Below are positions 63,652 through 64,000 of a DNA stretch of 64,000 nucleotides, piece after piece (position 1 is the stretch's first letter; every line of letters begins with the position of its first letter). The notes below the pieces were generated by a model. It had not been told where the DNA came from. It was given only the letters and a program-made list of their open reading frames with translations, and did not search any database. The DNA is taken from the NCBI GenBank assembly GCA_965113315.1, contig OZ220373.1; one strand, given 5' to 3'. The stretch comes from Podarcis vaucheri (taxonomy: Eukaryota). The position numbers and the translations under genes are program-made.

Positions 63652-64000
63652 CAGTGGTGCCTCGCAAGATGAAATTAATCCGTTCCGCGAATTTTTTCGC
63701 CTAGCGAATTTTTCGTCTTGCGAAGCACGGTTTCCCATAGGAATGCATTGAAAATCAATTAATGCATTCCTATGGTCAAAAAAAGTCCAAACAAAGCCAA
63801 ATTTGGTACAACAAGAGTTCATTAAGTGCTCTGTAAAGTCACACATACTGTAAAGGACATTTCAAAATTCAAACCCAGAATTTTTTTTAAAAAAACAGCA
63901 GAGTGGCCCAATGGTCACAGAAAATCATAAAAATGCAGAAAAAAACCCACAAGCTTACAGATTCTTGCAAACCCCTCCCCAACTGTTCCCCCAGCCACCC
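63652..64000. mobile_element. Tigger-like element, left part (runs off the window)
   Basis: TA then cagtggtgcctcgcaaga, the same TIR family as 57369-57615. Confidence 0.8.

Overview
AT-rich, repeat-dense vertebrate DNA, almost certainly from a squamate. The Sauria/Squam SINEs, squamate-type L1/CR1/L2 and many hAT/Tigger MITEs point to a lacertid lizard (inference from recalled repeat consensuses, not a database hit). I could not recognise any host protein-coding gene, so the window looks intronic or intergenic. All convincing ORFs come from retrotransposons: one young 5'-truncated CR1 RT and three 5'-truncated L1 ORF2 ends with long TSDs. Points worth follow-up: (1) an inverted pair of Penelope terminal-repeat fragments, one keeping a recognisable minimal hammerhead ribozyme core; (2) three diverged, TSD-less terminal-repeat elements that share promoter, internal and poly(A) motifs and end in A(C/T)GCAA, possibly Ngaro/DIRS-like; (3) a composite hAT-type MITE, present twice, that carries a LINE-2 tail; (4) an orphan 26-bp hairpin whose two mismatches are G.U on the + strand; (5) a very old reverse-transcriptase fossil; (6) several repeat-free blocks rich in Hox/Pbx/Meis motifs; and (7) a strong 63-nt minus-strand exon candidate near 62 kb. 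I found no support for a new multi-gene system.
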